From Phoronis australis (taxonomy: Eukaryota; Animalia; Phoronida): a stretch of 64,000 bases of DNA. Made by a program: the position numbers and the translations under genes. This document shows, piece after piece, positions 38,801 through 50,655 of the stretch. Every line of letters starts with the position of its first letter. Positions within the stretch are counted from its first letter, which is position 1. The notes beneath the pieces are model-generated. The model saw only the letters and a program-made list of their open reading frames with translations. It searched no databases and was not told the DNA's origin. The stretch is from NCBI GenBank assembly GCA_002633005.1, contig NMRA01000246.1, positions 239,856-303,855 of the forward strand, written 5' to 3'.

Positions 38801-41760
38801 GTATTTGCCTATTAAGCAACAATACGACTTTCTTGACCAAAAAATATTAGTGAATAAGCTAGGAGCATTAGACATAAGTGTTGAAAAATCCACAAATTCA
38901 GCCCCAGGACTCTGGGACTTTTGGCGTGCGAGTCAATCAAACCGATAGGAAAATAAGCAATTCTCCCTTGGTAAGCTAAATTCAAAGTCACGGTATACAA
39001 AAGCTCTTCCCTTCTGCTATACAGGCAATGCCTCCTGGCTGTAGATCTCAGCAACACTCCTAGTGTCTTCAAATGTACCCTCAAGAACACTCTCCCATGA
39101 CACACCATCAACTGTGAACTGACAACTATTGGTGTCAACAAACTCGTGACAACAGAATTTATAATGAATGGAAGTTTAAAATTTTTGAAAATGAATAGCA
39201 ATCATGGTTCTCCAACAATTGAAACTAGTGACAAAACAAAATGCAAAGAAGGAAGAATATGCAGCAATAAGAAAAGAACAAGAAACAGGCCCTTGTACAG
39301 AATGACAGGTAACCTGTCTGTGCTGTCTCCTCTTGGTATGGCCCATAACTCCCCATAACCCATTTCCGTTTGACCATGAGCACATTCACTGTAATGGCAT
39401 TCAGTCCTCAGTTTTGTTAACACAATAAAAGACTGAAATGTTGAATGCAGTAGCATTTGTTTGAGTTGGAAGCATTTCAAGCCCCCAAAGAATCCAACTG
39501 CCTCTAAAGATGTCCATATATACTCAAAAGGTACAAAATATAACTTTGATAGTTAAACCGGGGTTAAACTTAATTTGCCCATTAAATCTTCCGGCATACA
39601 GACTTGATTGGTATGTGCTTTCATCCAACGAAGATCATGACTACAGCAGACGGTACAACTATCAACCAGAAGTCATGTGATCTTCAGTTGAATGAAGATG
39701 CCGATAGCCAGCCAGCCAGCTTAAGCTGAATGAAGACTAACTACGTTAAAATACCCTGTGTTAACCTCACATAAACCTTTGAAATTTCACACCACCCAGA
39801 GTAGTTCTGCTCGGTACGTCATTGTGAAATTTGCATCAACAACTAGAGCTAACGATCAGCGGTGGTGCATGAAAAATGTAGGAGTCAACGGACACCTTGC
39901 CCATTACAGCCTTTTAATTGAAAAACAATCTAATAACTTATTTTCTTGCATAATTCTCCAGGTATTGAAACAAAGAAAACTTTGTTGTTGATTAGAGCAT
40001 ACACTCCTGAAACGCGCACATGCTATTTCCTATTTTTACAACAACTTTCAGGAGACGAAGACTGCTAGTTATGACAAAGCAAAAATTTAATCTGAAATTT
40101 ACTTTGCTGGTATCAAAAAACGAAAAACTTATAACCAAGTGAAACCAGTTCTGAAAATTTGTTATGATAAGCACACAACCTTGTGGAAGAAGAACAGTTG
40201 ATTGAAGAATCAGCAAAAAAAGAAACTGGCCAATAGGCTCTATTTCATGGCACTAAAAGCCGAGGCAGAAGATCGCTCATCAACTTAAATCGCAGGATAA
40301 CGATACAACTGCATTTTATCACCAGTACTAGTAAATAAGTTAGTTTACTCAAGGAAGAGTGTATTGCGCATTTTATACACACATGGCATGAGTACAAAGC
40401 TGTGTATTTATACAACATAATTCTACCGTATCTACAAGAGTTAGCCAGCCAGTTAGCTAGATGACTATAATCATCAAAATACAAATAGGAACGGCTGTGT
40501 GTTCAACTCCAATAGACCTCGAAATTTCACACCATCCGGGTAGCTCTGCTCATTGCCTCAAAATGAAGAGCTAATGGCCAGCGGGGGCGTATGCAAAATC
40601 TGAAAGTCAATTGACACTCACCTTGGGGGTTGTAGGCATTTAAGTAAACAAATCTAGTATATATCATTTTCTTGCACAATTCTCGGCCTTTTGTAACAAA
40701 AAAATTATCATTGTTTTGAAAACAGTGACACGTGCATATGCCATTTCCTAAATTTTATGCGACATCTCTCAGGAGATAATGATGGCTGAGATTCGCAGGA
40801 GCAATAAGGTTTACAAATTAGGTTTACAAAAAACTTGTAATAAAATAAAAACCAATTACGATAATTTGTTGTGAAAAATATGTTCGCAACCTCATGGAAG
40901 AAGAACAGTTGATTAAAGAATATAGGCAAAAAAGAAACTGGCCCATAGGTGGCTATATGTCAAGGCACTGAAAGCCAACGTATAAGATATGGCGCTCCAC
41001 ATTTTTAGCAGCAGAATAATACAAAAAAAAAACAGTGCAGGTGGCCTGATCTATTTGCGGTGCATCCGACGTGTGCAGGCCTAATGGTTGGGCCCATTGC
41101 ACAAAACACCTGAGCAAAAGCACGAGAGCCCCATTATGGTTCTTCGTGACGGATAGTTTTCAAGTCTGCCAGTCCCCTTTAGGAAAACGAACAGACGTTT
41201 CCATTCATTACCATGCACTATATTTTGTAGACATGCAGCAGAATAATGGTAGGATGCCACTTTTTCTAACACCCGTAAATAATTTAGTTTACTCCAGGAA
41301 TAGTATAGGTTTTAATGACAACCATTTTGTGTCAGATATTTCGTTTGGCCAGTTTTTTACCGGCATATGTCGACACAAAGCTGTAATTTAGTACAGCTTT
41401 GCACCACGGCAACTACAAGTATAGTCTAAAGAAGATACTACAGTCAACGCAGCCATATGATGTCAGAATCTGAGACCATTGCCGTTTCGTTGGTGTTAAA
41501 ATAGATTCATGGTGTATAGTGTCAGTGTCAGTGACTCGAGTCTCACTCTCAGACTCAGCTCAGGATTTGTAAACTTGGAAGTACTTTTCGGGGAAATTAA
41601 CCAAACAATTTCGAATAACACAATACTATAGGATACGAGACTTCGCTCTTTGTTTATCGGTTAATCTCTTCTTCTTTGCTTCTAGTTGTTTCCTAGGTAG
41701 CAACAAGTCTTCTTCATAGTAACGCATAGGAGTCCCAACTCGGTTTATAGTTTCCGCCAT
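23851..41760 (-). CDS. FAM227A: FAM227A-like protein (FWWh domain), 12 coding exons, ~651 aa
   Basis: Exons (-): 41760-41637, 37172-36999, 35676-35623, 35268-35195, 34477-34310, 33778-33575, 31571-31445, 30827-30708, 30087-29636, 29237-28999, 28394-28247, 23922-23851 (TGA); 1956 nt, phases consistent. Motifs: MAETINRVGTPM, PFLVGSIEEVNKK, ILLDVFWWYFL...QEKLFNRIAHNFV, YPNILAQAVYAAFCEVFP, WNFDKLEP, SHPACKGPDF...FNVFGRSPLV, TYRDVI. These match human FAM227A as recalled. The first donor (gtatcc) and last exon are less certain. Confidence 0.85.
24397..24554. mobile_element. MITE (CAGTGGCGGAT-type TIR, 5-bp TSD), copy 1
   Basis: TIRs CAGTGGTGGATTTAG / CTGGATCCGCCTCTG; TSD TTTTA on both sides; inverted homologous copy at 61963-62124. 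Confidence 0.85.
32693..32822. repeat. Diverged ~53-bp direct duplication
   Basis: ttacttatg(g/a)cttgagg(a/c)cacactcatgc(t/g)ttggcttgtc at ~32693 and ~32770. Confidence 0.85.
32922..33194. mobile_element. MITE with GGGGCCTGTTTCA-type TIRs (partial second copy at ~44790-44850)
   Basis: Left end GGGGCCTCTTTCAAGA..ACTTAAG; right end CTTAAGTC...CCTGAAACAGACCCC; a similar left end TGGGGCCTGTTCCAAGAAACCAACTTAAG lies at 44791. Confidence 0.6.
35932..36582. repeat. 325-bp near-identical tandem duplication across an N (probable assembly overlap artefact)
   Basis: 35932-36256 and 36258-36582 differ at only 2 positions that I could see, and are separated by a single n at 36257. Confidence 0.9.
40015..40980 (+). 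repeat. Diverged ~250-bp direct duplication in FAM227A intron 1
   Basis: ~40015-40265 vs ~40732-40980 share tggaagaagaacagttgatt..agaat..gcaaaaaagaaactggcc.atagg and an upstream atttccta...tcaggaga. Confidence 0.8.
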
Positions 41761-42082
41761 ATTGGTCACCATCAACAAACGAATGTATGTTTTCTTATTC
41801 TATCGTTAGATTCGCATTTCACAGTAAATAGAAAAGAAAATTTATATATTGAACCATTTATCAAAGCCTATAATTGACAATTTTATTGTTTAAGACTTTT
41901 AAAGGATAAGTGACACCAGCTTTAAGCTGTATGTTGTCACTTTTGCGCCTTTGTTTGAAGTTCGAAGGCTAAGCCTGCAAAATGTCAACTCCACATATTA
42001 TGAGAGCGTTTTGTGAGCGCCCTCTGTACACAATGATTTGAAGATCGTTGACTGTTTTTGCGATGCCAACAGGAGAAATTAG
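41688..42082. promoter_or_regulatory. Bidirectional FAM227A/CBY1 promoter plus candidate non-coding CBY1 exon 1
   Basis: The FAM227A ATG at 41760 (-) and a strong + strand donor AG|GTGAGT at 42082/42083 are ~320 bp apart. YY1 consensus CCGCCATATT at 41754-41763; X-box-like GTTTCCTAGGTAGCAAC at 41688-41704; forkhead-like GTAAATA at 41824. Confidence 0.6.
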
Positions 42083-42623
42083 GTGAGTAATGAATAAAAT
42101 TATAACGACTGTATTCTTTAACTATTTAGAAAATTAATAAGGTTGGACGTTTTTTATTTCACACAATGGAATGCAAAACGACGATGAGGAGAGGTGGGAC
42201 AGTGCCACCGACTCAACTACTGTACTTATACTCCCGTTATCAAACTTTTCGAGCGGTCCTTCGCCAAAATCGGCAACTAGCCATTTTTACACTGTAGTCA
42301 TGCCAGGAATTATAACATCATCATTTCCCCTGGCACGAGCAGAAAAAAGATGTAAAAATTTCGAGGTGGCAATTTGGGTAACAGAACGAAGGAGTGTTGG
42401 TAAAAAAGTTTGATTGCGGGAGTATTTGCTCAACTTCAAGCTGGGAAAATTTAAAGACATCGGCAGTCTCCTAAGCCGGCTTAGCCTAAGGTGTTCCGGT
42501 ATGCACAAAAGATAACTTATAGCACTGTGACTTTGATAAATTAGGCCAGACAGTACTACCTTGTGAATTAGGGCCATCCAATTCTTTGCAAATGCTTTGT
42601 AACCCTCGGCAACCCTCAAAAGT

Positions 42624-42873
42624 CATAACGCTAAATCGTCGTGAGAGACCGTCCGGTCTGGGGTCAACAGAAAACCACAGTTCAACTGCGAGTCTACAAC
42701 AATGTGATAAACGATAGTAGTTCTACTTGCTGCGTCAGCTGCAGGTATGCTTATCTCTTTTATGACACACAATGTGTGACTGGGCAAAGCGTTTTCAAAA
42801 TAAAGTGGATAAATCAGTGGAGTGTGAGACCCCTGAGGTCCCTGTCAAGTCCTCTCGACAATTCTACGTTATG
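42624..42873 (+). mobile_element. MITE family A, copy 2 (nested in an older repeat, CBY1 intron 1)
   Basis: TIRs CATAACGCTAAATCGTCG / CGACAATTCTACGTTATG; homologous to 8777-9043 and 52012-52284. Confidence 0.85.
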
Positions 42874-43162
42874 TTGGCGGAAAATTTGAAAACTTTCAAA
42901 GTCTGCTAAACTGGCAAGCATGACCTATACTTCTAACCAATTACACGGCAACTGTGGTAGAAGACCACCCACCAAGGACCATTATGTCCAATTTGTGAGA
43001 TAGGAAACCTTGAGTTTTTAGTTAATTCCAGACCTGCTTTTATCTTTCACGATTGAAACCATTAATGCATTAGTAGGTGACAGAATGAGGATTGGTTGAA
43101 ATCATCGAAACACGATTTAGTGTCCTTTTAACTTGTCCAATGGATTTTACAGAAGTTGAAGA

Positions 43163-44404
43163 ATGCCAATTTTTGGAAACAAGTTCACTCCAAAGAAGAC
43201 TCCTCCACGAAAGTCACCATCTTTGTCCAATTTGAGTTTGGACAATGCTCAACAAGCTCAAGAGTTTGGACTGGACACTGACCATCCTATAAGGCTGCGG
43301 CTCGGTCAGAATGAAGTCACATTTGAGGAGGGACAGTGGATTGCAGGTTTGACAATTTCCTGATGACAAAGACAGTCAAATGGCTCGATATTTAAATTCC
43401 CGGTTGTAATGCTAATTGGAAATGTATGACTAATTTGTTTATCAATTACCTGGCAAATGTTCAGTTGTTTACACTGTCCTATAGTGTATTAAAATTAGAC
43501 AATGATAAGCAGTTCAATGATGATCAAATTCAAAGGATAAAAGTCACTATGGTCACCAAAATGTCGTTGAAACTTGCTTAAGCCAAATCCTACTGGATTG
43601 AGAGATTTCGTCCAAGTAAGGCACTGTCAATTCTTTGGGACTTCTTAGATGATGCAAAAGCTAGAAAAGTAATAAGTTTTCAGTTTCCAAACCAACTCTT
43701 TTTGTTGCTCATGTTCACTATAGTGGAACATGACACTTGACCATCAAGATATCTATTAACACCCCTGAGTTTATAACAAGGTTTCATCTCACAGAGGTTG
43801 GCCAGGGTGGTGGTGGAGGTGCTAGCCATAAAGAACTGGTGAAGATTAGGAAACAGAATCAGCAACTGGTAGAAGAGAACAACCTCCTCAAGGTCAAGGT
43901 TGAGATATTACTGGACATGGTGAGTGTTTGCCCAAGAACCAGTGAGATGTTGGTGACTTTCAAATGTGCTCAAAATAAAGGACTAGATTGGAGTCTGGAC
44001 AAACCTGCGATCGAGTCTGCTTTTTAATGTCACATTCAGCTTTTCATTGCAAAATTAAATTAAGTTATAAATCACGTATTTCCCTGCATTTTTACTAGCA
44101 AGTTGTCATTTTCACAATGAGCACAGTCAGATTCATCTCAATGACACAGTTATCTAGTCACTTACATACTGAAGCTGTAGTTGATTATCTGATTAGTGGG
44201 AATGCCAGTGTTTTGTAGACTGACTCTGGAATACTTTCTTTAAATCCTTACTGAGCACACACTTTTCATCTTCTCATAAATGGGACAAGTTATCTTGAAT
44301 TCGTTAATCTGCTTATTTTGCAGCTAACAGAAACCACTGCGGAGACTCATTTACAGCAGCGTGAAATAGAGAGCATGAAGTCTATGGTGAAGAAGAAGAG
44401 ATGA
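43163..44404 (+). CDS. CBY1: Protein chibby homolog 1 (129 aa)
   Basis: Exons 43163-43346, 43795-43919, 44324-44404 (TGA). Translation MPIFGNKFTPKKTPPRKSPSLSNL...EFGLD...LRLGQNEVTFEEGQWIA...NQQLVEENNLLKVKVEILLDM|LTETTAETHLQQREIESMKSMVKKKR is the Chibby signature with coiled coil and basic C-terminus. AATAAA at 45423 and 46622. Confidence 0.96.
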
Positions 44405-45590
44405 TACATAGATTGGCGCAGACTTTGAGTGGCTACTTTGTTGAAAACTTAGATCTGTCCTGATTCAAGGTGTTCTGTTGGTATGGAGACACCAAACTGA
44501 GTATCTTATTGAATCATACCTTAAACTCAGCAATGTGTGGTGTGACTTTGAGAAATAAGATGAAGAACCCGAGTATGATGCTCAACCTTTAAGTCAACAT
44601 TAACTTTGAATTCTGTCAAAGACTACTAACTTTTGATTTAGACTACAAACTGCTATAAAATTGGTTTTAATTTTTTACTTATTGAGATGAGAAGTGGTTT
44701 TTGGTCTTGCAAAAAATTGGCTGCTTGTTATTGCTCAAGACCAGGCTCGGAGCATAAAAGACTTGCCGTGACAAGTTAACTTATAGAGCCTGGGGCCTGT
44801 TCCAAGAAACCAACTTAAGTTCATACTTTACTTAAGTCTAAGATTGTCTCAACCTCCAAACACTGAAACTTCCACATCCGGTAAGTTACATCAAATTTAA
44901 GAAACATGCTGAACCACTATAGTTTGGGCACAACAGCTCATTTTCAAACATAATGGCGAATTTGTGCACGTAGAGAATAGTCACTTTAACTTGTCTGAGT
45001 ATGTGAAAGGGAGCTGATGTGTCGATGATACTTAGAGGTCCTTGTGGACAGCAGTGTTCAGGACAGATGAAAATATCCTTGTGAAAATATTTGTTTAAAA
45101 AATAAGATTTAATGAAAAACATTTGTGATGGAAGAAGTCCAGTTTGTTTTAAAAGGCTTTTTCTGTCTCAATTTTGTAGTCTGTAAGTGGTGTCTTAGCT
45201 TTGGATAAAATATCAAGCATTTATTCTTTGTAACACCCACGTAAAAGATTCATAAAAAAATTTTAGTGGGTTGTTTTGAATTCTTTGGTGCTATCGCTTG
45301 TTTTGTTTTGTTTCTTCGGCCTGATGGGGGTAAAGTAGGTCACACATTATTTTGTAACTCACAGAACTAGAGAGCTGCTAATCCTACTATCAATTTGTTC
45401 TCAATCTTAGGCTTCTGGTGCAAATAAAAAGTCATTTGGCTTTTGGTGTTCTTTTTGGAATGCAGTGCTAAGAAAGGTATAATAGTCATGGCACTGTGTT
45501 TGCTTGACAAAGGATGACAAATGTTATTGATAATCAACTGGTTAAAGATTTAAGACTTCCTGCTTGGTTATTTTGTAAGGCAAGAACAAA

Positions 45591-45620
45591 TAACAGGATA
45601 ATTGTTTAATTATCCTGTTA
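45591..45620. other. Perfect 13-bp stem / 4-nt loop palindrome downstream of the CBY1 stop
   Basis: TAACAGGATAATT-GTTT-AATTATCCTGTTA. Confidence 0.8.
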
Positions 45621-48600
45621 GTGATGAATAACAGTAGCCAAGCCTCTCTTTTGACTTAATAACATAATTATGCTAAAAGGCTGATTTTATGCAACTTGTT
45701 ATTCTGAAATATTAAAGGTACTTATCTATGCAAAATTATTTAAGAGATGGCATATACACTGCATTTCTAATCTATTTTTACAAACAATCATTGAGACATT
45801 GTTCTTTAAGTAAAAGCATTCGGGGTTGTCAGTCTTCCCTCATGACTCACACGGTCATTCTCATGAACAGCATCATTTTCTATTTCATTAAAAGAACTGA
45901 GATTGTGTCAATTGAATGGATGTTAATGTGGAATGAGAAATGAGTACAGTTAGTAAGGAATGTATGATAACTGGGCACTGTCAACAAGAACTTTGGTGCA
46001 GGTGGTGGCTAAGGATGATTGTCTACCCTGGTATTTGAAGAGTTGATGAAGCTGATTTCAACCTGCCTTCTCGCAGGAAAATGTTTTACTAAGACCACTT
46101 TCGGTTAAAAATTGTCCTCAACTTTTCCGTTATCAGATTGAAAGGAATTTGGGGTCTTGGGAGAAATGTCATTTCATTATTGCTTGAGTCCAGAGTCAAT
46201 AAGTTGGCTTGACTTCAGGGGTCAGTTTCTGCTCTTCGCATGAGTTTTGGCATATTTTGGAGGTTAGAGCTGGGAGTTAACTAGCCTGCACAGTGGCTTT
46301 GAATTTTTCACATGGTTGTAAATAATGGGAGTCTTTCAAAAACAATAGGCTTTTTGAAATTTGCAAGGCCAGAGAATGCAGTTCTTTGTGAACGTTGTTC
46401 TTAGTCATACAACAGTCCTAGTTGGACTGTGTAACTATACACAGCTTAACAAAGGGTTTATGGTCCTGGGTGAGAAGACTACTTCCTATGGATAGCTGAA
46501 TAGCTGGGCCCCTAATAAGTTGTATTTGTCATTTTAAAATAGTAGTTTGTTAGAAAATGGCGTGTGTTGTCTCATGTAGTTTGTGTGAGAAACGAGATTT
46601 TTGTGATGTTTATTTAATTCCAATAAATATATATGAGAAATGATTAATCTCCTGTAATACTGTATTTCAAATTTTAAATATGACTTTCAGATTTCTTAAT
46701 CAGTTCAATTCATTTATTATATCTTCACTAATTTTGTTCTTTGGTTCACGCTTATCTGCAGATTATAGTTCAATTGATATTTACAACTGACAAATCCAAA
46801 AAATATGACTGCATTTGTTGGACATTAAAAATAACCGTGGTACCCGCGGTACGTTTGACGCGGGTTCCAGCAAATCACTCGATGCTTTTTTATTCCATTT
46901 ATTTTTTGGCAATTTTTCACTGAAGTTCTTGACAAAGGAATGCTCCATTGTCGGTTACACCATGGTTTCACCAAATAGACATTATCAAGATTTTCTTTGT
47001 TTGGGAATTCGTCAACTTGATAACTTTTCAAATTCACTATTGGAGTCTCTCTTTGCACTCATTCCCTGGTATCAGAAACATGGTCCCCGCAAAACGCTTA
47101 AAGCTACACCTTCCCCGTGATCAGCTGGTAAAAAACGAAACTTGAATACCACTTTTACTCCCATCAAATTTTCATGTTGCGAACTAGAACATGGAAGCCA
47201 TCACCGGCTCAATTAAGAAAACGCTTCAGAGTTTATTGGGCGACCCTGAAATAGAAATAATTCGAAAATGGTGCCAACATGATATGCATGCCTGTTACTT
47301 GAGTTGCCGGCTCATTTATCAACATTTCAAATATTGATTTTGCGATCACAGATCAAAAGGGCGAAATGAAACTTCAGTTACAGCGGATATTCGGCTAGAC
47401 CACTATGAGATTGGTCTTAACGTGCTTCTTACTTAGACGGGAAGCGACTTCGGGGTTCGTAAAACATGGCAGTTCGTTATTCATTGAGACTATGCTTAGC
47501 AGATTAAGTGACACGCTGTAACAGGCCAATTTCTAGATCCCGGTCTCTACCAGTAACGAATTGCCAGTTTTTATGAAGTCCTGAAATCACCTCTCATATA
47601 TTTAAGGGAAGGCTGGTTATGTCGATGAGTATAGTAAGAAGGATACGCAAATAATTTCTGCCACATTTTAGAGGATATGATCTCAGTCACTGGCCTGAAA
47701 ACTAAACGCATCCACTTGTAAAAATATGTTAGAAAGCATTTTCGTTGGCTGTATGAAGTTACCCGCAACACTTGACTATTTTTACTGTTTCTTGCTCTCT
47801 ACCTTGCGAGCACTTATATAGGAACAGTAGTATCTTTTTCAAAAGGAAAATTGCACTATCGTCACGGTTTCGAGTGTACATAAATCCGCTAAAGTTGCAT
47901 GTGAATAGCAACGACGCATCGATTGCCGAATTCAAACACAAAGGTTGCCGCCTTCCATGTCTCGTACGTCGAAGCGTTTGACTACGGCTTTTATGTCAGA
48001 AAAGCAGTATATATACTTGTCCCGTCTGGCGTCATCCATTACATTCTTCCAGTGCATAGTGGTTTCGTGGACAGAATTCCTTATCCAGACTGTGCTGTGA
48101 TTAATTTTTTTTTGCAATTTCAAACTCTATGCTGCTCAGTTAGGATATGTTCCACCCAAAATGCAGGTCCACTGTACAGTAGTGTTCCTGGCCTCACTAT
48201 CGGGTTGAACGAACTCGTGTGAGTACGGAGTAAGAAGCTTGTACACTGCAACGATTGCAGCGTAACGCAGCGTCATTCTGCTGACAACCCATCTAACGGC
48301 CTGTACGTGTGGTGACTACGTGTATCTGCTAAATCAGTCGTGTTTCATGTTTATAACCAATTTCTTTATTCCAACAGTAGTCACGCCCAGTTTCCAAAGC
48401 AAATTCTTCTCTTCTTTTGGTTGCAGCTTGCACACGCATTTAAACGTAAAACGGTACTAAAATTTTCATAGGTCCAGACTGAATTAAACACGGCCGCCGG
48501 TTGCATGAAACAGTCTCAAATACTTAGGGACGCAACTAAGTTCCCTAAATCTTTTGCGTATTTATGCAGTTCTTTACTCACTAACAGATGCAATCTTTTT

Positions 48601-50556
48601 GTGCCATTTTAGCTTTTTATGAGCTCCTCTTTGACTAATGACGTTTATAGCTAAAAACTGAGCCCATTGTTCAATAAAAATAAATGGGGAATCATTTCTT
48701 AAATTATGGGCGTTGCATCAAAAGATTCGTGCATATTTTTATAACTGGGTACTGAAAATTCATCGGCCAGTATTAAAGCAAAAATGAGTTAGTGATGAGA
48801 ATAAATTAAAATACCACAAAAAAGGACAATCAATGCTTTCAAAAGTTAACAATGCTGTGAGAGATTAGGGATCATAGTTGAGTCCCATTTGGAAATGTTC
48901 CTTGCAACCGGGGGATAGTGTCCGCAATTTTACTCGGACGGTGAAATAGACCCATTGAATTGACAAACCTGCATAGTAATCTTTGTACAACGAAAATATA
49001 TGTTTTGCTTAGGGTTGGTACATGTATATTATATGGTTTGCAATATAATAAATGCCACCTGATCGCTATGCCAGAACTGCTTTTAGGTAGGCCTATGCAA
49101 TGCGTTTTTTTCATTAAAATTCGCAGACGATCATTTCCTAAGTGTGGTTCTGTGTTCACAAGTCTAGAGTTGCTATGGGTGAAAAGAGTTTCGCGTGGAG
49201 AAAATGTTATTCACATATTCTCTCAGCTTATCAATCGGAAACTTATCTTCAGGGTTTGTGTTCAGACGTCGAATAAATTTATTGTGAACTTAAAATGTGA
49301 AAGTTATTTTAAGCTGACCATAATCTCACATAAAAGTTATGCGTTATAATTATGTTCCATGGATATTTTTAACTTGTAATTTCAGTCCTTGTAGAATCTA
49401 GAAGACATCTGCATATGGTACATCATGTATATCACGAAAGAATTTGTACGTTAAGCAAAAGTCAGAGGAAGATGACAAAAATCTAAAGCAATCCATATCA
49501 TCTAGTGAATCTATTATGAAGATCGAGAGTCAGTTCATACCGCGGCGACTGGCATGATTGTGAACGCGATGTAAACTTAACTACTTGTAAAATTTTGTTC
49601 TTTGGACCCGCCGTGCCGGCCTTGTTAGATAAATTATTTTCATTATTCAATGACGTAACTGTCACAGATATTACGCAATTTGGAACCACAAATAAGAAAT
49701 GCACAGCCACATCACATTTTTAAAATAAATGTGTTGCAGGTATTGGACTTTTCCGATTCAGTTATCTTCTGATAACGGTTGCACTCTTGTATGCTCCGGA
49801 GATGGAGGAGCTCAGAAAGGTTAGGATTGATCAGGTCCACCAATGGCCAGGTCATAATTTTCGCATGGGTTAGTAGGCCTAATCACTGCACTTCGTAAAT
49901 GTAGCTGACTTATCGTTACTGTTTTTAATTTTGGCATTTTAATTTTGTTTCACTGGGTCCGAAATGTCAAATTGACCGGTGTTATATGTATGCTAACTTT
50001 TGGTAATTTGCTTTTGAGTCGTCAAGCGAATCATGACGACGCGTATACCGGTGCCTCCTGTTGAAACCTCTGTCGGAACAGAACATTTTTTAACAGTTTG
50101 TGTGGTTGAAGGTTATGTAGTCATCATGCAGTAGAAGACAAGAGGCTTTTTTGGAGTGATCGACCTCAAGAGAAATTTAATCCAAGGCCAGGTCTAACGT
50201 TGAAAAAAAAACTCTTGTGCACACACACACACACCCGTTACTGGCACCTGCGCCGACTATGATGATAATATTCGAAGCACCACCGGTACTACAAAGGCCT
50301 TTAGCCGGCGTGCGGGTTAGTGCTCCAGTATGTGGACACATGTCGTTTTCCGATAAACGCCTTGAAAATAAAGATCCCAATATTATACTCTCTGTTTTGA
50401 TACCGAGCTTCTAGGGTCCTCAACCGGCCTAGTACCAAAGATTAACAGATTAAAAACTCACGCGGGATGCACTGAGCTCACATCCAAGAAAACAGTAACA
50501 GATTTTGCCAAAAGGTGCCGCTTACATTCTGTAATTGTCCCACAATGCAACGCTCG

Positions 50557-50569
50557 CTTGCTTGGTAAC
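50557..50569 (+). promoter_or_regulatory. RFX X-box-like site ~90 bp upstream of the DNAL4 ATG
   Basis: CTTGCTTGGTAAC has a perfect RGYAAC half-site and one mismatch to GTTGCTTGGTAAC; its position fits a ciliary gene promoter. Confidence 0.55.
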
Positions 50570-50655
50570 AGAAGGGAAGAAGTCGTTTTGTTGTAGAAGT
50601 TTTGCACGTTGCTGTAAATTTACGAAAATCTCTATATTTTATTGATAAAAACACA

